Source of the DNA: a virus
IMG/VR virus record: IMGVR_UViG_3300045988_174170
Length of the DNA stretch: 64,000 nucleotides
Strand: one strand, 5' to 3'
Position 1 is the stretch's first letter. Every line of letters starts with the position of its first letter. The notes beneath the pieces are model-generated. The model was given only the letters and a program-made list of their open reading frames with translations. It was not told the origin of the DNA and did no database searches. Shown in pieces: positions 17,716 to 26,378 of this stretch. A program made the position numbers and the translations under genes.

Positions 17716-17989
17716 TCATAAGTGCTTAACATTAGGCGAGAGAAGCCGCCATACGCCCTGTACCGCCCCTCTAAAGGGTCGCAAGTGCCTGTGGTGGCTC
17801 TTTCCTTTCTTAGGGGTGCGAGCGCCCACTGTGTCCACTGGTGGTGGTTCTGTTGCCGCCCGTGTGGTGCTAGTGGCTTAGTGCTAGTGAAAGCTTGTAT
17901 GAGCGCCTACGTGGTATCATTGGGGGTGGGATACCTTGAGGGTTCCCACCCTGTTTTGTTTACTGGCTTATTGAAAGGATGTGCCTGTT

Positions 17990-18406
17990 ATGGGTGTTGT
18001 TGGTTTTATAGATTTGTTTGCACCTTTCCGGTTCTTGATTGAATCCCCACCGTGGGTTTCATTCTTCGTACCCGGTCTTGTGCTTCCTGTGGCTTTGCTA
18101 GTTATTGGAGTTATTGCCACCGCTATTAACCCGGCACTTGGGTTTATTTCCGTGCTTTATGTCATGATTGCTTGGGTTGGTGGGGTTCCAATAACCTTGG
18201 CTGTGGTTCTTTATAACGCCGGGGTTCATGATAGTTTCCCTTTGGGTTTACTTGTGATACTAGGGTTCATGTCGAACACTGTTGTTGCGGCGACGGTGTT
18301 CGCGACTATCTGCTGGGTTCTTGAACGCTTTGTAGGTGAAGAGCCTGTAGAAGCTGTTGAGTCTGGACGGGTTAAGACCTACCCCCCATATGAGAAGACC
18401 TCTTAG
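17990..18406 (+). CDS. membrane protein related to family G (MFVDxxNxF...PxW..F.PG)
   Basis: Track ORF 17981 (GTG abutting the SD). The ATG at 17990 is 9 nt after GAAAGGA. 4 TM. N-terminus GFIDLFAPFRFLIESPPWVSFFVPG. Confidence 0.55.
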   Translation: MGVVGFIDLFAPFRFLIESPPWVSFFVPGLVLPVALLVIGVIATAINPALGFISVLYVMIAWVGGVPITLAVVLYNAGVHDSFPLGLLVILGFMSNTVVAATVFATICWVLERFVGEEPVEAVESGRVKTYPPYEKTS

Positions 18407-18481
18407 TGCTTTCCTTACGCCCACCTCTAATGGTGTAACCCCAATACATTTTTGATTCACTAACGGAAAGATTAGCAAGTT

Positions 18482-18685
18482 ATGAGTACAGCGGCGCTAT
18501 TCACCATCTCCATGTTCGGATTCATACTAGCAATGAGCGGACTAGCTATCGCGCTGGAAAGCTCTAGTATCCGAGACCGAAACGGTAATAAGCTGAAAAC
18601 TATCAGCACCACTGTTGCTGTTATAGGGTGGCTCATGATGGGCTTTTCCGCTTTCACTAGCGCTCAAAACATGGGCATGTTATAG
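18482..18685 (+). CDS. small membrane protein
   Basis: 67 aa, 2 TM, GGAAAG RBS. Confidence 0.45.
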   Translation: MSTAALFTISMFGFILAMSGLAIALESSSIRDRNGNKLKTISTTVAVIGWLMMGFSAFTSAQNMGML

Positions 18686-18764
18686 GATAAACAAGGTAAG
18701 CCGCGTATTACCCGTCGTGTAGCGGGCATACACTACTAATCCATAAAGGGAAAGGGAACACGTC

Positions 18765-18947
18765 ATGTGGATACTTCTAGTTCTAGCACTAGTTGCCTGT
18801 ATCGTCGTTTGCTCACTGGGTGGTATCACAATGGGTGAATATTTCGACTCTGATAATGATATGGTGGGTGTGGGTTGCCTCATGATACTCATCGGTATTA
18901 TTTGCTGTACTGTCATTATCATCGTTGCGCTGGTCATGGCACCCTAA
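18765..18947 (+). CDS. small membrane protein
   Basis: 60 aa, 2 TM, AAGGGAAAGGGAA RBS. Confidence 0.45.
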   Translation: MWILLVLALVACIVVCSLGGITMGEYFDSDNDMVGVGCLMILIGIICCTVIIIVALVMAP

Positions 18948-19212
18948 AGGTAATCACTACCTTACCACCCGCACATGGTAGCCGCCCTACTACCAGGTGT
19001 AGCACGGTTTGCGTCCCAGCCGTTTACTATGCTAAAATATTTACGTACCCCTTCCTTGGGGTACACATACCTCGACGGTTTGTTCTTACACAAAAGCCCC
19101 TATGTCTTTATCTGTTAATAAGGCATAGGGGCTTTATATTCTGGCATAACCTAGGTGTTCGTCATCTTCAACTTTGGTAAACGTTCACAGTTTGCGTTCC
19201 GGTCATTCGTCA

Positions 19213-19222
19213 TGCTACAATA
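19213..19222 (+). promoter_or_regulatory. extended -10 promoter (ca)TGCTACAAT
   Basis: Same TGCTACAAT element as at 7421 and on the minus strand at 3609. It sits between two near-identical hairpins at 19093..19136 and 19277..19324. Confidence 0.4.
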
Positions 19223-19228
19223 AGAGTG

Positions 19229-19324
19229 TCCCGCTAGGTAACTAGTGGGAACAATATACACATAACCTTACTGTTGCGAAAGCCTCTATGTCTTTGTCTG
19301 TAAATGAAGACATAGGGGCTTTGC
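19229..19324 (+). ncRNA. candidate ~95-nt small RNA (promoter to hairpin terminator)
   Basis: Bounded by the TGCTACAAT promoter and AAGCCTCTATGTCTTTGTC...GACATAGGGGCTTT. No ORF or RBS inside. Confidence 0.25.
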
Positions 19325-19328
19325 CTTA

Positions 19329-19337
19329 TGTTATAAT
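19329..19337 (+). promoter_or_regulatory. extended -10 promoter TGTTATAAT
   Basis: Lies upstream of GGAGGG and ATG 19383. Confidence 0.35.
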
Positions 19338-19382
19338 CAGTGTGTTCACTATTCCTATTCCATCTAATACCTGGAGGGCTTC

Positions 19383-19502
19383 ATGTTTTTCTTTATTGGC
19401 GCTATTGCCCTGAGTCTATACGCCTTATACTCCAAGATGAGCACTGAGGATTATCTCATGTGGTTCGCTCTACTTGTGTTCTTCTCATTCATCCTTGGGT
19501 AG
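19383..19502 (+). CDS. 39-aa hydrophobic peptide
   Basis: GGAGGG RBS 6 nt before the ATG. Sequence MFFFIGAIALSLYALYSKMSTEDYLMWFALLVFFSFILG. Confidence 0.35.
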   Translation: MFFFIGAIALSLYALYSKMSTEDYLMWFALLVFFSFILG

Positions 19503-19618
19503 GTATCCCACTTCGCACATATTCGACTTGCATACTATTTTAAATCTGTTTTAGACTATAGGCGTAAAGCAACCCGAAGTTTTAGAAAGTTTTCAAGCCT
19601 ACCGAAAGGTCGTTCATT

Positions 19619-20038
19619 ATGGCACAGGCAACCCTTAATCCCATCAAGTTCCTTGGTCGCCCTCTCCTTAAAACTGGCGAGTCAGGTCGAACATTCTTGG
19701 GTGAGAAAGTTGAGCTTGACCGCGATGCTGTTATCGAAGCACTAAAAGAGGTTAAGCTTTCAGCTATCCATGCTGTAGCTGAGGAGGAGCCCGGCATCTT
19801 TACTCTGGCATTGGACATATGGGAGGAGACGAAGTATATGCCCGGCTTTGCAAACCATACCCCGTTCGTTGCTTTCATTTGCAATAAAGACTCTCTGACA
19901 GGCGGCGCTAACTACCGTATTTACGCCATTGTGGAAGCCGATGGCGAAATTGCAGACGATTTCCAAACCATGCTTGAGTCTGGCATCCCAGCCAGCGCTA
20001 AGTTCAATGAGAAAGACGGTATTACCACCAGCTTCTAA
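19619..20038 (+). CDS. hypothetical protein, paralog family A
   Basis: 139 aa, GAAAGG RBS, paralog of 39040..39462 (LNFIGR.L...E.GR...GE..EL.R.AV..I). Confidence 0.75.
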   Translation: MAQATLNPIKFLGRPLLKTGESGRTFLGEKVELDRDAVIEALKEVKLSAIHAVAEEEPGIFTLALDIWEETKYMPGFANHTPFVAFICNKDSLTGGANYRIYAIVEADGEIADDFQTMLESGIPASAKFNEKDGITTSF

Positions 20039-20124
20039 CGCCCCCCTAGTGGGTGCCACCTAGCACAGGTGGTTACCTGTCACGTTTTATTAGACCTTGA
20101 TTTTGAAAGAAGGTTACACCCCTC

Positions 20125-20565
20125 ATGTCACCCCGCACTGTTGATTCTGTGGTGAAGGATTTCCTAAAAATTGAATGGGATGCCACTCTAGTAAGCATGA
20201 CCGCTTACCCGCCTGGTGACTATGTAGAGCAACCTGTACGGGATAACATGGCTAGGTCACGCAATAAGGCAGAGGCTCTCGCTAAGGTTGCCGAACAGTC
20301 CGCTAAGTATCTTGAGATGGTTGCTAATGGGTCGAGTGGTGACCTTGAGGATTTGCTGATTTTTGCGAGCGCGCAGGTTTCTGTACTTCGTGAACAAATG
20401 GCTAGTATTTCTGACTTGGGGTACTACTCTGAGCATGTTGCAAGCAAGGCGGCACGCAAGACACTATCTGAAGTTGCTGAAAGGTACGCGCCTTATAGGA
20501 AGAATTGGGCTGAGCGGCGTGAGAGTAAGGGGCTTATTTTCAAGCAAAACCCTCATGTGAGCTAA
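20125..20565 (+). CDS. hypothetical protein
   Basis: 146 aa. Its stop codon overlaps the TGTGA of the next cassette. Confidence 0.65.
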   Translation: MSPRTVDSVVKDFLKIEWDATLVSMTAYPPGDYVEQPVRDNMARSRNKAEALAKVAEQSAKYLEMVANGSSGDLEDLLIFASAQVSVLREQMASISDLGYYSEHVASKAARKTLSEVAERYAPYRKNWAERRESKGLIFKQNPHVS

Positions 20566-20610
20566 TTCACACGGTTTTAACTTGCATGGGGGTTATTGTT
20601 GTGCCATAAT
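20556..20610 (+). promoter_or_regulatory. cassette promoter C1
   Basis: TGTGAgctaatTCACA, TTGCAT, 17-nt spacer, TGcCATAAT. Confidence 0.6.
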
Positions 20611-20677
20611 AGAAATGTAGCAAGGGGATAACTCCTAAAGCTACTTCCACTATCTACCTTATGAAAGGGTTTCCATC

Positions 20678-20923
20678 ATGGCACGTTTTAAGATTGCGAA
20701 TCACGAGCTGGCTATCGAAGCTATCAAGGAAGGCATGAAGCTTTACCCCAGCCTGATTTGCCGTGACCACTACAGCAAGCAGGGTCGCTTTACCGTATGG
20801 TGCGGCGAAGAACGTGGCACTGTTGATGTGAAGGTACTTGCAGATTACGAAAACTTCCAGGATGTTTTCGATACCCCCAAGGTCAATTGGGAAGAGGGTT
20901 ACATCACCATTAACAAGAAGTAG
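20678..20923 (+). CDS. hypothetical protein, paralog family B
   Basis: 81 aa, paralog of 36885..37202 (..WCGE.R....V......NWEEGY.T.). Confidence 0.75.
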   Translation: MARFKIANHELAIEAIKEGMKLYPSLICRDHYSKQGRFTVWCGEERGTVDVKVLADYENFQDVFDTPKVNWEEGYITINKK

Positions 20924-21008
20924 TACCTAGTGCCCCGTATCTAACCTAGCCGGGTTGGATACGGGGTTTTCTGTATCCCTATTGGTTGATGACGCATCTC
21001 AAATATAA

Positions 21009-21063
21009 TGTGACCTAATTCACACGTTTTTAACTTGCGCACCCTTAATGGTTGTGTCATAAT
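21009..21063 (+). promoter_or_regulatory. cassette promoter C2 (leader deleted)
   Basis: Perfect palindrome TGTGAcctaatTCACA, TTGCGC, TGtCATAAT. The ATG lies only 5 nt after the -10. Confidence 0.55.
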
Positions 21064-21068
21064 AGTTC

Positions 21069-21377
21069 ATGACTAACTACCGCATCTTTAACCTGGTCGA
21101 GGGCGCTACCCCCACCCTGGAAAGCATGGCAAAGGCACTGGTTGCCGCTGTAGAAAACGAGTGGTTCCGTGATAACACTCTCTGCGTAGATGATGTAAAG
21201 GTCGAAAACGACGCGCTTCTCTTCGAGATTGACGGCTCGCACTTCAAGGCTGTAATTTCCGGTCGAGAAATCCACCTGTACGCCCGCAATGACGAAAGCG
21301 AGCTGGGTACCGACGGCGCAACCCAGTTCATTAAGACCATGAACCGCATCGGTTGCACTAAGGAATACATCTACTAA
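21069..21377 (+). CDS. hypothetical protein, probably translated from a leaderless mRNA
   Basis: ATG at 21069 lies 5 nt downstream of the -10 (CATAATagttcATG). No SD is possible. 102 aa. Confidence 0.6.
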   Translation: MTNYRIFNLVEGATPTLESMAKALVAAVENEWFRDNTLCVDDVKVENDALLFEIDGSHFKAVISGREIHLYARNDESELGTDGATQFIKTMNRIGCTKEYIY

Positions 21378-21450
21378 GCAACCCCAAACCACCCCCCCTA
21401 TGGACTCTACCTACCATAGGGGGGGGAGATTACCCACAGGAAGGTTTACC

Positions 21451-21819
21451 ATGTCGCACATTCTCGAAGCCGCCGCAGAACTTTTTGAAGCAATCGAAAA
21501 GGACGCGCGCGCCCTAGTATTCCCCTCCTCGGAGATGAATCAGAACGACTTCACGCGGGCACTCATGCCTATTAGCACTGAGATGCGTGTTATTGCAGGC
21601 TTTGCACAGCGCTACGCGGAACGTTGCCGCGCCTATCTTGAGAGTGGCAACGTTGTCGCCGGTAAAGAGTTTGCCTATGTGCAATCAGGGGAAATTAGCA
21701 ACATGATTAGCAATGCATGTGAAAAGTACCTAGAGCCAGGAGTCCGCTACCTACCATATGATGTAAAACAGCGCCTTGCGGCAATGTACCAGAACTATAC
21801 CATCCCAGTCGCACCGTAA
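21451..21819 (+). CDS. hypothetical protein
   Basis: Track ORF 21400 starts inside the upstream terminator hairpin. M18 has CAGGAAGG upstream. Confidence 0.6.
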   Translation: MSHILEAAAELFEAIEKDARALVFPSSEMNQNDFTRALMPISTEMRVIAGFAQRYAERCRAYLESGNVVAGKEFAYVQSGEISNMISNACEKYLEPGVRYLPYDVKQRLAAMYQNYTIPVAP

Positions 21820-21906
21820 GACCTATAAGACTCCCACCCCTTTGGAGCGAACGGGGGTGGGGGTTGAGTGCCCCCCCGTAATACATGACCCCTAGAAAGA
21901 ATCAAC

Positions 21907-22323
21907 ATGTCAGCTACCATCATTGAATTAGATGAAGAAATTAAGGCGCACCTGACCCTTAGTGTCGCCCCCGATAAGCGCAAGGAAATTGTAGAGTATC
22001 TTTCCTGGAAGCAACCACCCGCCCACCTAGGCGGATACATCACAGTAGAAGAAGTAAGAGGAAGCGTTTACCCTATTGCCCTAGTGCAAGCGTATGACTC
22101 AAATATGGAATGTGAGCTTATTCCAAGCCTTGAAGTTCATTTCAGGGGTGAAGATGGTGCCCTTATCTATGGAACCTTGGAGGCGGAAAATTGGCGGGTA
22201 ATGTACCTGCTGGCTGGTATTGGGGTTACAGGTGCCGATATTACGTCCTACCAAGTGCAGGGCGGCGAATCTGAAGAGCTGGCACAAATGATTATTAGGA
22301 AGCTTGAGGTTATCGCCTACTAG
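21907..22323 (+). CDS. hypothetical protein
   Basis: 138 aa, GAAAGA RBS. Confidence 0.6.
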   Translation: MSATIIELDEEIKAHLTLSVAPDKRKEIVEYLSWKQPPAHLGGYITVEEVRGSVYPIALVQAYDSNMECELIPSLEVHFRGEDGALIYGTLEAENWRVMYLLAGIGVTGADITSYQVQGGESEELAQMIIRKLEVIAY

Positions 22324-22423
22324 GGGCTTTACCTAGACCACGAACCGCTCGATAGATTGATAGAGCCCTAGAGACGCTAAAGCCTGTAGATAAAAGATAG
22401 TGGAACACGCCCCATAACCCCTA

Positions 22424-22478
22424 TGTGAGCTATTTCACGTGATTCTGGCTTGCATAGGGGTTAGGGGTGTGTCATAAT
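22424..22478 (+). promoter_or_regulatory. cassette promoter C3
   Basis: TGTGAgctattTCACg, TTGCAT, 17-nt spacer, TGtCATAAT. Confidence 0.6.
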
Positions 22479-22546
22479 AGAAGTACAGCAAGGAGGGAAG
22501 CCCCTAGCAATGAATCCACTATCTACCTACCGAAAGGTTACCAACC

Positions 22547-22891
22547 ATGAGCACCTACGCAATTCAGGACATTGTTGTCATTGGCACCGCAAGCGAACAC
22601 CTCTGGGACGCTCTCGAAACCTATAACGCCTTCAGTGAAACCGAAGCCCGCCGCAAGTTTAACGACATCTTCTCTCACGTTATCAAGGGTCTGAATATCA
22701 CCCCCGACACCGTTCTTTACGTAAACGAAGGTAACCGCCACGGTGATAAGGTGTGGCTCAACCTCTCCACTGATGAAGCCCTCACCAAGTACACCGAGCT
22801 CGATATTGTAATTAAGACCCCGACCAAGATTGAAGATGGTCAGGCTGTAACCCTGAGCATTGGCGACACCCCCCAGGTGACCATCAAGTAA
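22547..22891 (+). CDS. hypothetical protein
   Basis: 114 aa, cassette leader ending in GAAAGG. Confidence 0.7.
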   Translation: MSTYAIQDIVVIGTASEHLWDALETYNAFSETEARRKFNDIFSHVIKGLNITPDTVLYVNEGNRHGDKVWLNLSTDEALTKYTELDIVIKTPTKIEDGQAVTLSIGDTPQVTIK

Positions 22892-23117
22892 CCACCCCAT
22901 AGGGGAAACCCTATGACTAACACCCCGCCCTAGCGTAAGACATGCAGGGCGGGGTGTTACTGTACCCCTATAGACCGGGGCACCTGTATAATTAGGCGTG
23001 TTTGGCTTTGAGAGTTGCACGCCCCCGGTCAAGCCTGACATAATGGCTTACATAGGCGCTAGAAAACCCGCCTAGCCACACAATCCACCATTTCCCGCCT
23101 GAAAGGAAATAAATACC

Positions 23118-23915
23118 ATGACTAAGAAGAGTAATAAGGAAGAGCCTGCCTGGGTAGAAGTCACACCCGAAGCGGTCACCCCACCCGCAGACCTATTGCG
23201 AGTGGCTAACCTCGTGTTCGACACGCTAAGGAGGGGTCGCCCCATCTTTAAAGACCCGGAACTAGATACCCTTGGGTCACCTCTGAGTAGTCTTGGGGAA
23301 GCTTTAAGCTGGGATGGGACGCACCCCGAACGGGAGGGGGTTCTCTATCAGGACTTGAAGCCACTAGAGCGGCTACCTAGCCGGGAGATTATTGACGCAC
23401 GCATCAACTACTATATGCAGGAATGGCACGCGGGGCGTATAGACAACCGGTATAATCGTCCGGCATTTCTTGGTGGTGCCCTACTAACGATTGATGATGT
23501 TTCGCGAAATACTGGAATCCCGGTTGATGAGCTACTGCGTGAAACTGATTCACGCGAGCCACGTTTCATCACAGACCGCTGGTATGAAGATTTTAACAGC
23601 GACGAACCTCCGCATTTCTACTCGGAACAGTTCAACCCCGACGGAACACTCAATGGGCGTAAAGCTAACTACATCTCTTACGCGGCAGAATACTATGATG
23701 ACGCAGATGGCTTCTTTTCTGACGTATTCGAGCCTAAAGTGATTTTGGGGTTTGTTAGCCCGGTATCCTATGTTGCTTTGAGTGATGAGCATCTAGAAGC
23801 ATGTAAGAAGGCGTTTAGTGCGTATATGTCATGGGATGCCAACCGCTGGGAAGATGACCCTCTTGAGTTCGACCCTCTTGAGTGGAATGATGCCCTCTTT
23901 AATAATTGGTTCTAG
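23118..23915 (+). CDS. hypothetical protein
   Basis: 265 aa, GAAAGGAAA RBS. Confidence 0.6.
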   Translation: MTKKSNKEEPAWVEVTPEAVTPPADLLRVANLVFDTLRRGRPIFKDPELDTLGSPLSSLGEALSWDGTHPEREGVLYQDLKPLERLPSREIIDARINYYMQEWHAGRIDNRYNRPAFLGGALLTIDDVSRNTGIPVDELLRETDSREPRFITDRWYEDFNSDEPPHFYSEQFNPDGTLNGRKANYISYAAEYYDDADGFFSDVFEPKVILGFVSPVSYVALSDEHLEACKKAFSAYMSWDANRWEDDPLEFDPLEWNDALFNNWF

Positions 23916-23989
23916 CAATAGGCGCTAACTGCATATATTCCCCTGTGATTCACCCATAATAAGGGGCAACCCTCTATAGCTAACTCCTA

Positions 23990-24044
23990 TGTGACCTATT
24001 TCACATGATTTAGATTTGCAAAGGGGTTAGGGGTGTGTCATAAT
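23990..24044 (+). promoter_or_regulatory. cassette promoter C4
   Basis: TGTGAcctattTCACA, TTGCAA, TGtCATAAT. Confidence 0.6.
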
Positions 24045-24104
24045 AGAAGTGTACCGAGGGGTTAGCCCCTCAAACAGTCCACTATCTACCGAAAGGTGCT
24101 AATC

Positions 24105-24464
24105 ATGGCTAACACCGTATTTAACTTCCAGAACGGTTACGAAGATATCAAGGTTTCCGCTTGTGACTTCCTGATGCCCGATGATGAAGTAGTGAACTTT
24201 ATCAACAATGAAGCAATTAGCGGTAAGTTTAGCTTCGAGTATGGCACCTGGGATTTTGGCGGCTTCGATGACGATGAGGAAGACATGGTGTTTATTAACT
24301 TCCAGGGCAACGACCCCCGTAAGACCCTCAAGGTAGAAGTAAGCAACACTGGCGAGTACTTCAGCTATTGGTGCGCAATTGCACGCAGTGAAGCTGTGAT
24401 TACTGACTTTGAATTGATGACCGACGAGATGGAACGTCACACTATCCTCCGCATCAAGGGCTAA
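24105..24464 (+). CDS. hypothetical protein
   Basis: Track 24096 (GTG). The ATG at 24105 is 8 nt after GAAAGG. Confidence 0.7.
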   Translation: MANTVFNFQNGYEDIKVSACDFLMPDDEVVNFINNEAISGKFSFEYGTWDFGGFDDDEEDMVFINFQGNDPRKTLKVEVSNTGEYFSYWCAIARSEAVITDFELMTDEMERHTILRIKG

Positions 24465-24527
24465 GCCCCTTATAATGCACCCCCGCTAGAGCTTTCCTAG
24501 CGGGGGTGCATCCAGCTCTAAATATAA

Positions 24528-24582
24528 TGTGACACAATTCATATAGTTTAGACTTGCACACCCGGCTAGGGTGTGGCATAAT
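24528..24582 (+). promoter_or_regulatory. cassette promoter C5
   Basis: TGTGAcacaatTCAtA, TTGCAC, TGgCATAAT. Confidence 0.55.
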
Positions 24583-24650
24583 AGTTATATAAGCGATAGA
24601 GAAAACCTCTAGAACTAGTTCGTTATCTACCTACCGAAAGGCTGGATACT

Positions 24651-24989
24651 ATGTCTACCGTTATTACCTACTCCGAGTTCCTTCTCACCTTCGACATTCC
24701 CGAAGAGCTTAGCGCAAAGGTGAAGGTATCCGATTTAACCCCCGAGGTTGTTTCCTTCGTTTTGTCCGGTGGTCGTGGTTCCGGTCGTGCCGTGCTTACC
24801 GTAAAGCTCGACGGTGAAGAGTACAAGCTGAACACCCGCCTGTACCCCGAGGAGTATGATGCCCTTGATTCTATTACCAATGATGGTATCAACTGTGATA
24901 CCAACAAGATTGTAGGCATTGAATGGGGTTCCTACTGTGCTTACGTTGAGTTTGGAGAGATTCGCCTCGCGGTCGGTAAGGCGCGCTAA
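24651..24989 (+). CDS. hypothetical protein
   Basis: 112 aa, cassette leader. Confidence 0.7.
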   Translation: MSTVITYSEFLLTFDIPEELSAKVKVSDLTPEVVSFVLSGGRGSGRAVLTVKLDGEEYKLNTRLYPEEYDALDSITNDGINCDTNKIVGIEWGSYCAYVEFGEIRLAVGKAR

Positions 24990-25051
24990 GCCCCTAGAAG
25001 CCCTAGTTGCTGAACCTAGTAGCTAGGGCTTGCTTCATGCCTTAAAACCCA

Positions 25052-25106
25052 TGTGCTCTATTTCACATGATTTTGACTTGCATGGGGGTTAGGGGTGTGG
25101 CATAAT
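25052..25106 (+). promoter_or_regulatory. cassette promoter C6
   Basis: TGTGCtctattTCACA, TTGACT, TGgCATAAT. Confidence 0.55.
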
Positions 25107-25172
25107 AGTTATATCAGGCGTTAGGGGAACCACCCTAGAGCCAATTCATTACCTACCGAAAGGCTAAATATA

Positions 25173-25466
25173 ATGGCTATCACTGTTTCTTACGAGCTCT
25201 CTCTCGACTACACTGCCCCCGAGGAACTTCTCGAAAAGATGGATGAGCTCAATGAAGACCCCGAGCCCGTTTCTTTGGATTCAGATGGTACGCTCACCGT
25301 TGAGCTTGACGGTGAAGAGTACGAACTGGATATTAACCATAGTCTTCTCGCTGAGGAAGTTGATGCTCTTGAGACAGTAGGCTTTAGTGCCGAGGCAATT
25401 GAAGAGATTATCTGGAGCGGGAATGATGCAATCGCACACTTCGCGGATATTAGCTACACTCCGTAA
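25173..25466 (+). CDS. hypothetical acidic protein
   Basis: 97 aa. 'LTVELDGEEYEL' resembles 'LTVKLDGEEYKL' of 24651..24989, so these may be divergent paralogs. Confidence 0.7.
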   Translation: MAITVSYELSLDYTAPEELLEKMDELNEDPEPVSLDSDGTLTVELDGEEYELDINHSLLAEEVDALETVGFSAEAIEEIIWSGNDAIAHFADISYTP

Positions 25467-25762
25467 GGCGCTCTAGAGCCTATGAGTCCTAGTTACTGCA
25501 TCTAGTGGCTAGGACTTGCCCTATACCCTTAGAAGGACACGGGAAGCCCGTAGAGCCACCGTAGACCTAATGGCACTACAGGAAGGTGTAAAAGGGCTTA
25601 GGTGCCCCCTAATGCTTCCTGGAAGCCGTCTAGCACCCCTCAAGGGTATTTAGGGGTATAGATTATAGGCGTGAGTGCCTAAAGCGCCCCCTTAGAACGC
25701 CCATAGAGCCCTATATAGGGCTTCTAGCCAATCCACCCCTATATGACAGAAAGAGATAAACC

Positions 25763-26173
25763 ATGCCACACGAAATCATAAAGCTCATTACCGAACACAC
25801 AACCGAGGTGTATGCCGGGTATGGTCTACTGACTGCCCTGATTATTACCGGGTGTACTATCCATCTGTTCCTAAGCGCCCACAAAAAGGGCTCCGGGTCG
25901 AATAATACGAAGAACTACCGTAGCGCCTTTTGTGTAGCAATTGGTGGTATGGTGCCCTGGGGTTTTGCTACAATCCTACTAACTAGCGGTACCCATGTGG
26001 GTCTACTGGCACTTATCCTAGTGCTGGCTATTCTGGCATCTTTTGCGACCTCTACTAGTGAGATTAGGGGCTTTGAGGTGGTACCCCGTGACATTCTGGC
26101 TTTCGTGGCACAGGCGGCGGGTATCGCACTCACTACTAGCCTAATTACCTTGGTTACCATTGCTGGGATTTAG
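25763..26173 (+). CDS. membrane protein (4 TM)
   Basis: 136 aa, AGAAAGAGA RBS. No cassette upstream; a 300-bp spacer precedes it. Confidence 0.55.
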   Translation: MPHEIIKLITEHTTEVYAGYGLLTALIITGCTIHLFLSAHKKGSGSNNTKNYRSAFCVAIGGMVPWGFATILLTSGTHVGLLALILVLAILASFATSTSEIRGFEVVPRDILAFVAQAAGIALTTSLITLVTIAGI

Positions 26174-26255
26174 CCTAATACCCCTAAATACACATAACCC
26201 CTTTACTGTAGTGTTTAGCTCATGTGCCCCGTGATTTTCAGCCTTCTACGGGGTA

Positions 26256-26310
26256 TGTGAGCTATTTCGCATGATTTGGACTTGCACACCCCTAAAAGGT
26301 GTGCCATAAT
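26256..26310 (+). promoter_or_regulatory. cassette promoter C7
   Basis: TGTGAgctattTCgCA, TTGCAC, TGcCATAAT. Confidence 0.55.
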
Positions 26311-26378
26311 AGTTACATAAGCAAGGGAAAACCCCTACAGCTTAGTCCACTATCTACCGACCGAAAGAGGTTAGAACC

